Shown piece by piece: positions 13,490 through 26,575 of a DNA stretch of 64,000 bases (positions are counted from its first letter, which is position 1; the number at the start of each line of letters is the position of its first letter). The DNA is from Mobula hypostoma (taxonomy: Eukaryota). A model generated the notes under the pieces. It was not told where the DNA came from, did not search any database, and saw only the letters and a list, made by a program, of their open reading frames with translations. Position numbers and translations under genes: made by a program. The DNA is taken from positions 186,932,001-186,996,000 of the forward strand of contig NC_086097.1 in NCBI RefSeq assembly GCF_963921235.1, read 5' to 3'.

Positions 13490-13995
13490 CAAAGGAACAG
13501 AATTAGGCCATTCAGCCCATCGATTGTGCTCCGCATTCCATCGTGGCTGAATTCTTATCCCTCTCAACCTCATTCTTTTGCTTTCTGTCATTAACCTTTG
13601 ACACTCAGGCTAATCGTGAACCTTTTAACCTACTTTAAATATATCAAATGACTTGGCCTCCACAGCAGTCTGTGGCAATGAATTCCAGAGATTCACTATC
13701 TTTTGCCTCCTCATGTCTGTTCTAAATGGATGTTCCTCTATTTAGAGGTTGTGCTGTCTGGTCCCAAACTCCCCCACTATAGGAAGCACATTCTCCACAT
13801 CCGCTCTATGTAGGGCTTTCAATATTCAATAAGTTTCAAGGAAATTCCCCCTCATTCTTCTAAATTCCAGTGAGTACAGGCCCAGAGCCACCAAATGCTT
13901 CTCATACATTAACTCTTTCATTCCTAGAATCATTCTTGTGAACTTCCTCTGGACCCTTTCTATATTCTTGCTCTCTTGAAATGAATGCTAATATT
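13490..13995 (-). mobile_element. Decayed CR1 3' fragment
   Basis: 'gaattaggccattcagccc' 3' UTR and RT C-terminal similarity to the other CR1 copies in the window. Confidence 0.7.
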
Positions 13996-14182
13996 AATCA
14001 ATTACTTACAAACAGTAAAAATTCAACCAAACATTCTGGTTCCTAAGTTACAGACACTACAATGCTGAATATCCAAAAGACATACTGCAACAAACATACT
14101 TAGCTAACAGTGCGCACAGAGCATACCTTCCCAATGGCTATGTGCATCACTTGCCTTAAATGAAGAAAGAGAGAGCAAGCCA

Positions 14183-15580
14183 TAAGAACCTAAGAACATA
14201 AGAAATAGGAGCAGGAGTAGGCCATCTGACCTATCGAGCCTGCTCCGCCATTCTATAAGATCATGGCTGATCTGGCCGTGAACTTGTCTCCACCCACCTG
14301 CCTTTCCCCATAACCTTTAATTCCCCTATTATGCAAAAATCTATCTAACCTTGTCTTAAATATATTTACTGAGTTATCCTCCACTGCTTCATGGGCAGAG
14401 AATTCCGCAGATTCATCACCCTCTGGGAAAAGTAGTTCCTCCTCGTCTCTGTCTTAAATCTACTCCCCCAAATCTTGATGCTATGTCGCTTAGTTCTAGT
14501 CTCGCCTATCCATAGAAACAACTTTCCTGCCTCTATTTTATTTATCCCTTTCATAATTTTATATGTTTCTGTAAGATCTCCTCTCGCTCTTCTGAATTCC
14601 AGTGAGTACAGTCCCAGGCGAATCAATCTCTCCTCATAGTCTGAACCCCTCATCTCTGGAATCAACCTGGGGAACCTCCTCTACCCGCCTCCAAACCTAG
14701 TATATTCTTCTTGAAGTAGACACCAGAACTGCATGCAGTACTCCAGGTGCGGCCTCACCAATACCCTGTACATTTGCAGCATAACCTCCCTGCTCTTAAA
14801 TTCAATCCCTCTAGCAATGAAGGCCCACATTCCATTTGCCTTCTTGATAGCCTGCTGCAGCTGCAAGCCAACCTTTTGTGATTCATGTACAAGCACTCCC
14901 TCGTCCTTCTGCACATCAGCATGCTACAATTTTTTTACCATTTAAATAATAATCTGATCTTGCACTTCTCCTTCCAAAGTAGATTACCTCGCATTTACCA
15001 ACATTGTACTCCATCTGCCAGACCCTTGCCCACTCACTTAACCTATCTATATTCCTTTGAAGACTCTCCATATCTTCTTCACAATTTGCTTTTCCACTCA
15101 ATTTAGTATCATCAGAAAACTTAGATACACTACACCTAGTCCCCTCTTCCAGATTGTTAATATGTATCATGAACAGTTACGGTCCAGCCTCGACCCCTGC
15201 AGCACACCGCCCATCACTGATTGCTAACCGGAGTAACACCCGTGTATCGCAACTCTGCTTTCTATTGGTTAACCAATTCTCTATTCATGCTAATTCATCA
15301 CCCCCATCTCTATGCATCCTTATCTTATGGGTAAGTCTTTTATGCAGCACCATATTGAACGCCTTCTGGAAATCCAAATAAATAATGTCCATCTGTTCCC
15401 CTCTATCCACTGCACTTGTTATATCCTCAAAGAACGCCAGTAAGTTTTTCGAACAAGACCCGCCTTTGCTGAAACCATGCTGTGCCCGCCTGATGGATGC
15501 ATTTCTTTCCAGATTCCTCTCTATTTCATCGTTAATGATAGCTTCAAGCATTTTCCCAATTACAGATGTCAAACTAACCA
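14183..15580 (-). mobile_element. 5'-truncated CR1 (RT to tail)
   Basis: ORFs 15285-15596 (YLDFQKAF), 14916-15170 (KFSDDTKL), 14681-14914 and 14366-14665; 'ataagaac' tail repeats. Confidence 0.88.
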
Positions 15581-16179
15581 TAATAGCCTCTTCCATATGC
15601 TATTAATACCCAAGATATTTGAAACTGGACACCAGGCAGCAAACCAATGGAAAAAGCACCAAATTAGAGAACAATACTTACTTGTTTCACCTGCAGATAT
15701 TTAATAAAAACTAAACCATTCAATTTGAATGCCTATTACATATATCCTTTGTTACATTACTTCATGTCCAAACTGCTAGTATACATAGCACAACATGGTT
15801 ATTGTCTAGCACTTGGTATTCAGATTACAATAGTCGCTTAGAAAAAGAATATCATGATTAGTTTCAAACATTGTTTAAAATATGTACAGCATTGAATATC
15901 AGGATTTCAACTTCCTGCGCTACATAGAAAATGTATCGCAAGGTTAGGTATAAATTCTTTACTTCTGTAATTCTTTTAGCCAGCGGCACAGGATAATGCT
16001 GAAAAAGTCTAAAGGCATAATGAACTATTGTACTGAATCTCTTTCTATTTTCAATTTTCAAATTGACAATTAAACTTGTAGAATGTAGATTGGCTGATTA
16101 GAAAATGGTAACATTGGCCCAAAAATCTGTAACTACTCTGCCAGATTTTGTTATAGTGGGCAGAAGAGTGGTATTTTAG

Positions 16180-16790
16180 TAGATTGCTTAATGTTATTTC
16201 CAGTACACAAGTATAAAGGAGGACAAAATAATTGTTACTCTGAATCTGTTGAATCACAAGAAATACAATAAGATAACAATAATAAAAGACACAATAACTA
16301 TAAATACATAAGATAGCTTGTATGCAGAGATTGATTTTATGTCCATATAGTGATGCCAGGCACAGGCGTGTCTGTATGTAAGGTGACTCTGACAGGAAAG
16401 GCTAAAGTAGTGGTAGTGGGAGGTGAGGTAGATTGGAGGTGTTGATCAGCTTTTAAGGAAGTAGCTGCTTTTTGAATCTTGTGGTCTTGGCATGGATGCT
16501 AAATAGTCTCCTCCCCGATGGGAGTGGGTCAAACAGTCCATGAGTAGAGTTGGTGGGAACCTTAGTGATATTACTGGCCTTTTTCCAGCACCTTTCTGTA
16601 TTTATGTCCATGATGGGTAGTAGGGTGATGCTGGTGATTTCTTGGGCAGTAAAGCCTTTCTGTCTGCTACAGTTGCAGTTTCTGTACCATGCAGGATGCT
16701 CTCAACTGCACATCTGTAGAAGGATGTGAGTATAGATGTGCATAGTCCATCTCTCTTCAGTCTCCTCAGAAAGTAGAGGTTTTCCTGATG
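16180..16790 (-). mobile_element. L2/Rex-Babar-type LINE 3' fragment
   Basis: ORF 16602-16817 (LYFLRRLKR...ILTSFYRCAVESIL); same family recurs at 21465-22612. Confidence 0.7.
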
Positions 16791-18374
16791 AGATGAAGAG
16801 CTCCTGGTTGGAATCAAGGCAGTTAATGGGAAGAAGTTTAGAAGAGTGTAAAGGGACTTGATTGAAGCATCTAAGGTCTTGAGTGCCTTGACAGGCAGAT
16901 GTAGAAAAGATGTTTTCTACTGCGGGGGACACCTTAAATGAGTATTTAAACAACAGTGAGTTGTTTGATTGTTTTAAAATTTCTACTTTAAGACAGACAA
17001 ATTTCCACTTTGAGATAGAAGCAGTATTTTCTCTCTGAAGGTGGTGATTAGTCTTTGGAACTTTCTTAACAAAGATTGATTGAAGCAGAGGTATTAAATA
17101 TTTTTAAGGCAGATTAGATATACTCTTATACACAAGGATGTGAAAGGTTACTGTGGGTAGGTATGAATATTGAATTAAGGTTACAATTAGTTTAGACATG
17201 ATTTTAGGACGGGGGTGGGGGCAAGTGCCATATTCCAACTACTAGTTTGTATCTGTCTCTTATATTCATTTCAGGGTAAGTCATTGATGAGATTCTAGAC
17301 AGTTGTTTCACTTCCTGCCTGCCTTGGCAATCAACAATGTTCAAACACTGGAACTTTTATATCAACTGTTAGAAATGAGGAATACTTAAGATTCTGGCTG
17401 AGATTGTGCATTTAACATCACAGACCTGGAAGCATTTTTTTTACATTTATAGGGTTATGAAGCAACTAAAAGAGAAGCAAACATTTACAAAAATGTTGGA
17501 CCTTTTAAGAGGTGTTTATAATTAACTCAGAGGGTATTTAGGCCGACATAACCTGCAGGATCTTTCTATGAAATTGGGCAGGATAAGCGTCAACAGTTCA
17601 GGTTGAGTGGTATGGCTGCAGACATATAGATAGATAGATATTTTATTGATCCCAAAGGAAATTACACTGTCACAGCACCATTACAAGTGCACAGATGTAT
17701 AACTATTAGAAGAGAAGTGAGAAGAATAAAAAATAAGTTACCTTAAAAATAAGATTACAAGATTTACAAGATACTAAAGAAACACTGGTAGTGCAAGAAT
17801 TACCATAATATTATACAGTGGTGTCTTGAACTTGAGGGCTACATGTATTTTGCATGTTCTCCCTGTAATTGTGTGAATTTATACCTGAGTGCTCAGGATC
17901 TCCTAATGTCTCAAGAATTTCAATTGGTAGTTTAATTGGCTACTTTAATTTACTCCTAATGAGGGTGTTGGATGAATAAGGATCAAGTTGATTGGGATGT
18001 GAGAGAAACTAGGTTCTTTAGTTGAGAGAATGAAATTGATAAGAGAGTTCTGAGAGGCGACATTGATTTGATGGGCTGAATGGCTTCTTATGTTGTATGA
18101 AATATGAACTTGAAGCTGTGGTTGAGGTCTATAGTGAAAGGAAAACATAGATCATTGCACTGCTTTTATTTATTCTTATTCGGACTTTATTTGAGTGGCT
18201 ATATTTATTGAGAACAAATAAAACTTGAGGAGAAAAATACTTAAAAGCAAAAATGAGTTTACATAATTCATGAATATCTTTGCTTTATCATCTTGCTATG
18301 TTTTTCTCCTGTCACTCAATCATATTATATCTGCTATTATAATTAATTAATCCTTGGTTTTCTGATTTATTTAA

Positions 18375-18612
18375 TTAACTGGAGGTACAGATACAAATGA
18401 GCTCATGCTGCCCAGGTCACCGATTAACCTATTAACCCATGCGTCTTTGGAATGTGGAAGGAAACTGGAGCACCCAGAGGAAACCCACATGGCCACCAGC
18501 AAAACGAATAAACTCCTTACAGATAGTGGGGGGTGGGGCTGGGGGGGGGAATTGAAGCCAGGTTGCTGATGCTGAAATCATGTTACACTAACCACTATGC
18601 TACCGTGCCATC
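18375..18612 (-). mobile_element. tRNA-derived V-SINE/HE1-like SINE
   Basis: Minus strand reads ggcacggtagcatagtggttag (A-box-like) ... tgggtttcctctgggtgctccagtttccttccacattccaaagac, matching the recalled V-SINE core. Confidence 0.75.
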
Positions 18613-19114
18613 CAAAAGTTTTGTTTCTAAACCCGTTATACAGAACACAGAATAATTTGAAAATATGCTGAAATTATCTCTTTTCACAACTGTGGTGAGG
18701 CATTCTTTGTCTTTGACAAGCATGAATGTCAGGGAACTTCTTATGCAAGCTCATAATGTTCTTTAATGCAGCATTAGTTCTCATTTACAAAAGGAAATGA
18801 AGCAGCAAAATCTACTGAAATAATTAGAAATGATCACACTACATTACTGCTGTTCTAAAATCAAAACGGGATGTAATGTACATGTTAGGAGTTGACTGTT
18901 TCATGTCTAATGAAAGAGTTGTTAGATCACCGAACATAGAACAGTACAGCACAGGAACAGGCCCTTCGGCCCACAATGTTGTGCTGAACTAATTAAATTA
19001 ATAATCAAATGACCATCTAAACTAATCTCTTCTGCCTACACAATGTCCATATCCTTCCATTTTACTCATATTCAAAAATGCAAACACGAGGATATCTGCA
19101 GATGCTGGAATTTC

Positions 19115-19306
19115 AAGCAACACACATAAAAGTTGCTGGTGAACGCAGCAGGCCAGGCAGCATCTATTGGAAGAGGTACAGTCGACGTTTCGGGCCGAGA
19201 CCCTTCATCAGGATGAAGGGTCTCGGCCCGAAACGTCGACTGTACCTCTTCCAATAGATGCTGCCTGGCCTGCTGCGTTCACCAGCAACTTTTATGTGTG
19301 TTGCTT
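19115..19306. repeat. Perfect inverted repeat (95-bp arms, 2-nt spacer) made of Penelope pLTR/hammerhead sequence
   Basis: 19115-19209 is the exact reverse complement of 19212-19306, checked base by base; the same peptide therefore appears on both strands in the ORF track. Confidence 0.95.
19179..19211 (-). ncRNA. Minimal hammerhead ribozyme core (Penelope type)
   Basis: Minus strand CUGAUGA-A-GGGUC-UC-GGCCC-GAAAC-GUC-GACUG: conserved CUGANGA and GAAA boxes, stem II, palindromic ACGU stem III, GUC cleavage triplet; the 5' arm of stem I is lost at the inversion point. Confidence 0.7.
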
Positions 19307-19346
19307 CCCTATATTTATGTGGCTATCTAACTGTCTCTTAAAATTG

Positions 19347-20782
19347 CTGAACACAAGAAAATCTGCAGATCCTGGAAATCCAAAGTAAGACATAAAATGC
19401 TAGAGGAACTTGGCAGGCCAGGCAGCATCTACAGAAAAGAGTAAAGAGTCAACATTTCGGACTGCGACCCTTCATTAGGTGTGGAAATGAGGGGGCATGG
19501 AATCAGTTTAAGGAGTTGGGGGAGGGCAGGAATAAGTACAAGGTGACAGATGATAGGTGAAACTGGGAGAGGGGGAGGGGATGAAGTAAAGAGCTGGGAA
19601 GTTGATTGTTAAAAGAGATAAAGGGTTGGAGAAGGGGGATGCTGATAGGAGAGGACAGAACACCATGGAAGAAAGGAAGGGAGCAGCACTAGAGAAAGGT
19701 GATGGATGGACAGGTAAGAAGAGAAGGTGCGAGAGGGAAACAAGATTGGGGAATGGTGAAGGGGGGAGCAATTACTGGAAGTTCGAGAAATCAATGTTCA
19801 TGCCATTGTTGGTAGAATTTCAGGTGGTGACACGAGGGTGTACAAGAGTGAGATATGCCAACTAGTGGAGTGGTGCCGCAGCAACAACCTGGCACTCAAT
19901 GTCAGTAAGACAAAAGAGCTGATTGTGGACTTCAGGAAGGGTGAGACGAAGGACCACATACCAATCCTCATAGCAGGATCAGAAGTAGAGAGAGTGAGCA
20001 GCTTCAAGTTCCTGGGTGTCAAGATCTCTGAGGATCTAACCTGGTCCCAACATACTGATGTAGTCATAAAGAAGGCAAGAGAGTGGCTATACTTTATTAG
20101 GAGTTTGAAGAGATTTGACATGTCAACAAATACACTTAAAAACGTCTATAGTTGTACTGTGGAGAGTATCCTGACAGGCTGCATCACTGTCTGGTATGGA
20201 GGGGCTACTGCACAGGACCGAAAGAAGCTGCAGAGGGTTGTAAATCTAGTCAGCTCCATCTTGGGCACCAGCCTACAAACTACCCAGGACATCTCTAGGG
20301 AGCGGTGTCTCAGAAAGGCAGCATCCGTTATTAAGGACTTCCAGCACCCAGGGCATATCCTTTTCTCACTATTACCATCGGGTAGGAGATACGGAAGCCT
20401 GAAGGTACACACTCAGCGATTCAGGGACAGCTTCTTCCCCTCTGCCGTCTGATTCCTAAATGAATATTGAAGCTTTGGACACTACCTCACTTTTTTAATA
20501 TACAGTATTTCTGTTTTTGCACCTTTTAAAAAATCTATTCAATATATGTAATTGAGTTTATATATATATTTATTTATTATTATGTTTTATTTTATTTTTT
20601 ATTATTATTATTATTTTCTCTCTCTCTCTGCTAGATTATGTATTGCATTGAACTGCTGCTGCTAAGTTAACAAATTTCACGTCACATGCCAGTGATAATA
20701 AACCTGATTCTGAGGTTGGAGGCTACCCAGACGGAATATAAGGTGTTGATCCTCCAACCTGAGAGTGGCCTCATCGTGGCAG
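19347..20782 (-). mobile_element. Penelope-like element 3' end (GIY-YIG C-terminus + pLTR), interrupted at 19807-20713
   Basis: 20714-20782 and about 19775-19806 encode, on the minus strand, DEATLRLEDQHLIFRLGSLQP / GMNIDFSNF; degenerate hammerhead motif at 19447-19479. Confidence 0.8.
19807..20713 (+). mobile_element. 5'-truncated L2/Rex-Babar-type LINE
   Basis: ORF 19838-20452 (LALNVSKTKELIVDFRK, FKFLGVKISEDLTW, LLPSGRRY, RFRDSFFP); tail 'aataaacctgattctga'. Confidence 0.85.
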
Positions 20783-21464
20783 TAATGTATCTGCCTCTAC
20801 CACCACCCTAGGTAGTGCATTCCGGGTACCCACCATTCCCTGTGTGAACAGAACCTGCCCTCACATCTCCTTTAAAATGACCCCATCTCACCTTAAATGC
20901 ATGCCCTGTGGTATTAGACATTTGAACCCTGGGAAAAAGATACTGTCTATGCCTTTCATAATCTTCCAATCCGCTATCACATCTCCCCTCAGCCTCCACT
21001 GCTCCAGAGAAAACAACCCAAGTTTGTCCATCCTCTCCTGAGAGCACATGCCCTCTAACCCAGGCAGCATCCTGGTAAACCTCTTCTCCACCCTCTCCAA
21101 AGCCTCAACACCCTCCCTATTATGGAGCAACCGGATCTGTGTGCAATACTCCAGATGCAGCCTAGAGTTTTATAAAGCTGCAGCATAACGTCCTCATTTT
21201 TAACTCAATGCCTTGACTAATAAAGGCAAGCATGCCACATGCCTTGTCAGCCACCCCATTGACCTGTGTAACCACTACAAGATCAAGGTCAAGGTTATTG
21301 CCATCTGACTGTACGTATACAACCTAACCAAACCACGTTCCTTTGGACCATGGTGCACCCATAAAATGGATATCATACATAGCAAATAAACAACAATATT
21401 ATCATAAATTGCACAGGTAAACAGTAAGAAGTATAGTAAACAGCATGCTAACCTAGTGACAAGA

Positions 21465-22612
21465 ACTTTAGAAGATTCAATATTGTTTAATGTCATTTCC
21501 ACTATATAAGCGTAAAGGAGAACAAACTAATTATTACTCTAAATCTGAAGAATCACAAAAACGCAATAAGATAACAATAATAAAAAACACAATAAATATA
21601 AATACATAAGAAAGCTTGTATGCATAGATTGATTTTATGTTTATATAGTAGGTACAGTAGAGTCTGTATATAGAACATAGAAATCTACAGCACATTACAG
21701 GCCCTTCAGCCTGTAATGTGTTGATCATGTAACCTACTCTAAAAACTGCCTAGAATTTCCCTAGTGAATAGCCCTCTATTTTAATAAGCTCCATGTACCT
21801 ATCCAAGAGGCTCTTAAAAGACCCTACTGTATCCGCTTCCACCACCACTGCCGGCAGTGCGTTCTACACAGCCATCACTCTCTGTGTGAAAAACTTACCC
21901 CTGACATCCCCTCAGAACCTATTTCCAAGCACCTTAACATTATGCCCTCTCATGTTAGCCATTTCAGCCCTGGGCAAAACCTCTGACTATCCACGCGATC
22001 AATGCCTCTCATCATCTTATACACCTCTATCAGATCACCTCTCATCCTCCATTGCTCCAAGGAGAAAAGGCCAAGTTCACTCAACCTATTCTCAATCCAG
22101 GCAACATCCACGTAAATCTCTTCTGCAGTTTCTCTATAGCATTCACATCCTTCCTGTAGTGAGGTGACCAGAACTGAACATCGTACTCCAAGTGGGGTCT
22201 GACTAAGGTCTTATATAAGGTGACTCTGACAGGAAAGGATATAGTGGTAGTGAGAGGTGTGGTAGGTTGGGCTAGTGGGTCTAGGTTTTGATCAGCTTTT
22301 GGGAAAGTAGCTGTTTTTGAGACTTGTGGTCATGGCATTAATGCTACATAGACCCCTCCCTGTGGGAGTGGGTCAAACGGTCCATGAGTAGAGTGGGTGG
22401 GATCCTTTATGATATTACTGGCCTTTTTCCAGCACCTTTCTGTATTTATGTCCATGATGGGTAGTAGTTGATGCCGGTGATTCCTTGAGCAGTTTTGACT
22501 ACCAGTGTAAAGCCTTTCTGTCTGCTGCAATTGCTGTTACTGTACCAAGCAGGTTATTCTCTACTGTGCACCTGTAATAGGATGTGAGTATAGATGTCAT
22601 AGTCCAGTTCTC
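21465..22612 (-). mobile_element. L2/Rex-type 3' fragment with nested CR1 3' end (about 21670-22214, minus)
   Basis: Nucleotide similarity to 16180-16790; ORF 22330-22530 (RCWKKASNIIKDPTH); nested piece starts with the CR1 tail 'agaacatagaaatctacagcac'. Confidence 0.7.
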
Positions 22613-24975
22613 TTTAGTCTCCACCTATTGACAAAACCTTGGGGCTGTTATACAGTCTGGCTGTCCTTGCCCTGATGTTCCCGTACCTCCTTCCTGATGG
22701 TAGTGGATCAAAGGGATAGTGGGATGAGTGGTAGGGATCCTCAACAATGCTTTGGGTACTTTGTCTGCAATGCTTGCAGTGGATGTTACAAATAGGGGTA
22801 AGAGACTCAGGCGATCCTCTTGGCGGATTTTGCTGTCCTCTGTGGGGTCTTGTGGTTTGATGCCTTGTTGCTTCTGTATGACACAATGATGCAGCCAGAA
22901 AGGACACTCTCAACATTACTGGTGTATAAATTTGTTAGAATGGGGGCAGGGAGCATTGCTGTGAGACCACATCTGCAACATGTTGACCTTAAGTTCTGAG
23001 CAAGATCTGAATTAAATTCTGTGTAAACAATAGATGCTTTCCAAGAGTCTATTGATTTGAAAGTCTGTCAGTTTTTGACTGATTATAACACATTACCTCC
23101 GTATTTGGTAAATGCAAGTAAATACTAAAATACTAACTCGGGTTGCTTATTTCTTCCCTGTTACAAGTCAGAGGCATTTGTGAATTCTTTTTTTTAGGAG
23201 AAGAATGCATGTAAGTTCTGGAGGGAAGAATACATCCAACAGAAAACCAACCCAGTCACTACATGCAATTCTCATTGGCATAACTGACTTCAGCTGATTA
23301 CACCATGTACGCTCTGGCCATTTTTGATTAAAGAACTCTATTGGTACATTAAAGTGCCCTGATTTGAAACCATCTTTTATTAGGCCCCAAGCAGTGGGAA
23401 TCCTTGAAATATGTTAGCAAAGCCCCGGGGCTGATATCAATGTTTAATGCATAGCCTTTGTCAGAATTTATTTTCATTGTTCAGAATACACTCATGAAGA
23501 AGGATCACTATATATTTCCTTGATGGATGCTAATTGAGTCTGTAAGGTGCAGTGCTGTTTGCTGGACTGACCAGCATATGAGAAGACCTGTAGCGCGGGG
23601 CAGCAAATTGTGTGGATGTTCATCCACACTGGACATTGCTGCTTTCTCCATGACAGACCCAGACCAGCCTTTGTTGCAGCCACCATGAATAGAAACCATT
23701 TAAGGTTTGATTGCCCTCCCAATGGTCAGGGCAGCATGATGTAGCAGCTGGATCCCTGAATAGTGCCCCTGACATGGTTCTCATTTTAGAAAAGCGTTAT
23801 TCTTAATGTACTTTTGTTCTGCTTTGCAAAAGGTTTTCAGGAGATTTATGGACTCAAACATTTGCAAAAAAATCGCTATCAACCTTTCATGCTCCATTTC
23901 TGTATATTAAGAGAATATTATTGTCAGATTCTAATCACTCCATTGGGAATTCCTAAATTTGAAGGTCTACTTCAGCACCTCATAAGAATTAGTGGGATAA
24001 TGCTTTGCTATGCTGATTTTCCAAGAAAAGATGGTTCTGTGGATTTGCAACACATATGATTACAAAAAGAAACTACTTTCATTTACTCCACTGATATTTT
24101 AAATCCATTCCTCATAGTATTAAGAATGGACTGTAAGTTATAAAGAAACACAAGGTTTTATGATTCTATGGTTACTACAGTTGTAGAACTATACTACTCA
24201 CTCTTTCATCTGATGCAGTGGCAAACAGGTAAATCATATTCTTGTAATGTTTATGTATTTATTGTTAGTTTATTGTTGTCACATCTACTGAAGTAGAGAG
24301 AAAAAATGTTTTACATTACTTCCGTATAGAATGTTTCATTTCATCAGTCCATTGAGGTAGTACAAGTGGATAAAAAGCAATAACAGAATGTAGAATGCAG
24401 TGTTACAGTTCCAGAGAAACAAGGCAGACAATATGGTATAAGGTCATGACAAGGTAGATTATGAGGATGTCATCATACAAGAGGTCTGTTCAATAACCTT
24501 AACAGCAGGATAGAGCCTGTTGATATGTGCAAAGAATACAGAACAGTACAGTGCAAGTGGTCCTAAAACAGAAATATATAACATTTATAGGGTGAATCAA
24601 TGTTAGGAAGATGATCCAATAATTGAAAAATGTAGGAGGGAAGTGTTAGATTGATCTTAGCGTAGGTTAAAATGTTGCCACAACATTATGCGCCAAAGGT
24701 CCTATGCTGTAATGTTCTATGTTTTTTTCCTAGGATGGAAATGTTAAATTCTAGGGGACAAAGGAATTGGATTAGTTTTATTTTTGTCACATGTACCAAG
24801 GGTCAGTGAAAAGCTTGACTTGAATACTCTTCATACAGATACATTCATTACACAGTGCGTTGACGTAGTTCAAAGGAAAAACAAAAGTAGAATAAAGTGT
24901 AACAACTTCAGAGGAAGTACAAGCAGACAATAAGGTGCAAGGTCATAATAAGGTAGACTGTGAGGTCAAGTGGAA

Positions 24976-25713
24976 AAAGTGCTACACCTGCTCCTACACC
25001 TCCTCCCTCACTACCATTCAGGGCCCCAAGCAGTCCCTCCAGGTGAGGTGATAGTTCATCTGAGAGTCTTTTGGGGTGATCTACTGTGTCCGGTACTTCC
25101 GGTGTGGCCTCCTATGTATTGAGAGACACAACGTAAATTGGGAAACTGTAACTGCTTCACAGAGCACCTATGCTCCATCCGCCAGAAAAAGCCGGATCTC
25201 CCAGTGGCCACCCATTTCAATTCCACTTCCCATTCCCATTCTGATATGTCCATCCACGGCCTCCTGTACTGTCATGATAAGGCCACACTTATTTTGGAGG
25301 AACAACACCTTATATTCCATTTGGGTAGCCTCCAGCCTGATGGCATGAACATTGATTTCTCAAACTTCTGGTAATGTTCCCCACACTTCACTATTTCCCA
25401 TCCCCTTTTCACCTTCTCATCTTATCTCCTTCCCCACCCATCGCCTCTCTCTGGTGCTCCTCCTTCCTTTTTTTTTCCATGGCCTTCTGTCTCTTTCACC
25501 AATCAACTTCCCAGTTCTTTACTTCATCCCTCCCCCTTCAGGTTTCACCTATCACTTGTGTTTCTCTCTTCCCTCCCCCCACCTTTTTAATCTATACTTC
25601 AGCATTTTTTCCTCAGTCCTGCTGAAGGGTTTCGGCCCAAAATGTCCACTGTACACTTTTCACTAGAAGCTGCCTGGCTTGCAGAGTTCCTCCAGCATTT
25701 TATGTGTGTTGCT
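24976..25713 (+). mobile_element. Penelope-like (Neptune-type) element 3' part: Cys linker + GIY-YIG endonuclease + pLTR
   Basis: KCYTCSYTSSLTTIQGPKQS...VIYCVR...CGLL (GIY-YIG variant); ORF 25138-25374 PVATHFN...LEEQHLIFHLGSLQPDGMN; mutated hammerhead motif at 25614-25651. Confidence 0.85.
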
Positions 25714-25809
25714 GTGAGGTCAGAGTCCATCTTATAATAGGGAGCCATTCAATATCCTTATAGCAGTGGGATAGAATTTTTTATAGCAGTGTCCGTGAGC
25801 CTGGTAATA

Positions 25810-26575
25810 CAGGTTGTCTAGCCCTAATCTGAAATTCCAAAATCTGAAAACTACTGAAATCCAAATTTTTTTTTTGGGTGCTGACATGACATCATGAACA
25901 GGAAGTTCTAGAAGATACTGGGAAGGTTCCCAGGCAATGCAGAGGTCTCTGCACACCATGGACAGTTCTGAGAAAGGACTTCATAAATGTGAAGTTAATG
26001 AAACAGAAGTTAATGAAAAATAGAAATACACTGCATAAAGCAAAAAATGACTATCTCGATGTGTATTGGAATAGTGGATTCGTCTGCGTCGGCATTAACA
26101 TATGCTGCTTAACGATATGTTGATCATGAAACAGCAAAGATCTATCACGATGAATTGAAGATTGAAGTTAATTGTGAATATTCAGCAGACTGGCTGCAGA
26201 AATTTAAGGAAAGGCACGGCATTATATTTTTTAAGATTTGCGGTGATAAAGCATCTGCTGATTACAAACTCATTGCCAAGATCATTGTTGATGAAAATCT
26301 AGAAACATAGAAAACATAGAAAATTGGTGCAGGAGTAGGCCATTCGGCCCTTCGAGCCTGCACTGCCATCTAACAGGCTAAATGGCTGCATAAGTACTAC
26401 AGTCTATGTGAGGGTCAAGTGTAATACAAAGACTGCTTAACAGTAGCACATAAATTCACAGTCAGAAATGATGGCAATCCCAATCTTCTCACTAAATATT
26501 CCAAAATCCAAAATAAAAACCTAAAATCTAAAACACTTTTGGCCCCAAGCATTTTGGATAAGGGGTAGTCAGTCA
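25810..26575 (+). mobile_element. Tigger/pogo (Tigger4/Zombi-like) internally deleted DNA transposon
   Basis: TA-caggttgtctagccctaatctgaaa left end; right end 'aaacacttttggccccaagcattttggataagggg'; internal HTH-CENPB-like KIYHDELKIEVNCEYSADWLQKFKERHGI...KICGDKASAD at about 26137-26262. Confidence 0.8.

Larger units (their letters stand above)
18932..21275 (-). mobile_element. CR1 3' part split by Penelope and L2/Rex insertions (pieces 18932-19070, 19307-19342, 20783-21275)
   Basis: Tail 'gaacatagaacagtacagcacagg'; ORF 20888-21130 (LERVEKRFTRMLPG...LRGDVI). Confidence 0.75.

Noticed and set aside
15864..16257. Short minus-strand ORFs in unique sequence as possible host exons
   Set aside because: No recognisable domain and no convincing splice pair
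18560..18612. tRNA gene
   Set aside because: Degenerate tRNA-derived SINE head without a full cloverleaf
19072..19388. Two ORFs on opposite strands with near-identical peptides (MEEVQSTFRAETLH...)
   Set aside because: Artefact of the perfect palindrome; non-coding pLTR sequence
23485..23722. Possible further RIPK2 exon (LIES tetrapeptide after an AG)
   Set aside because: In-frame stops and no other match to the RIPK2 segment around MISLIESGWAQNPDERP; likely chance
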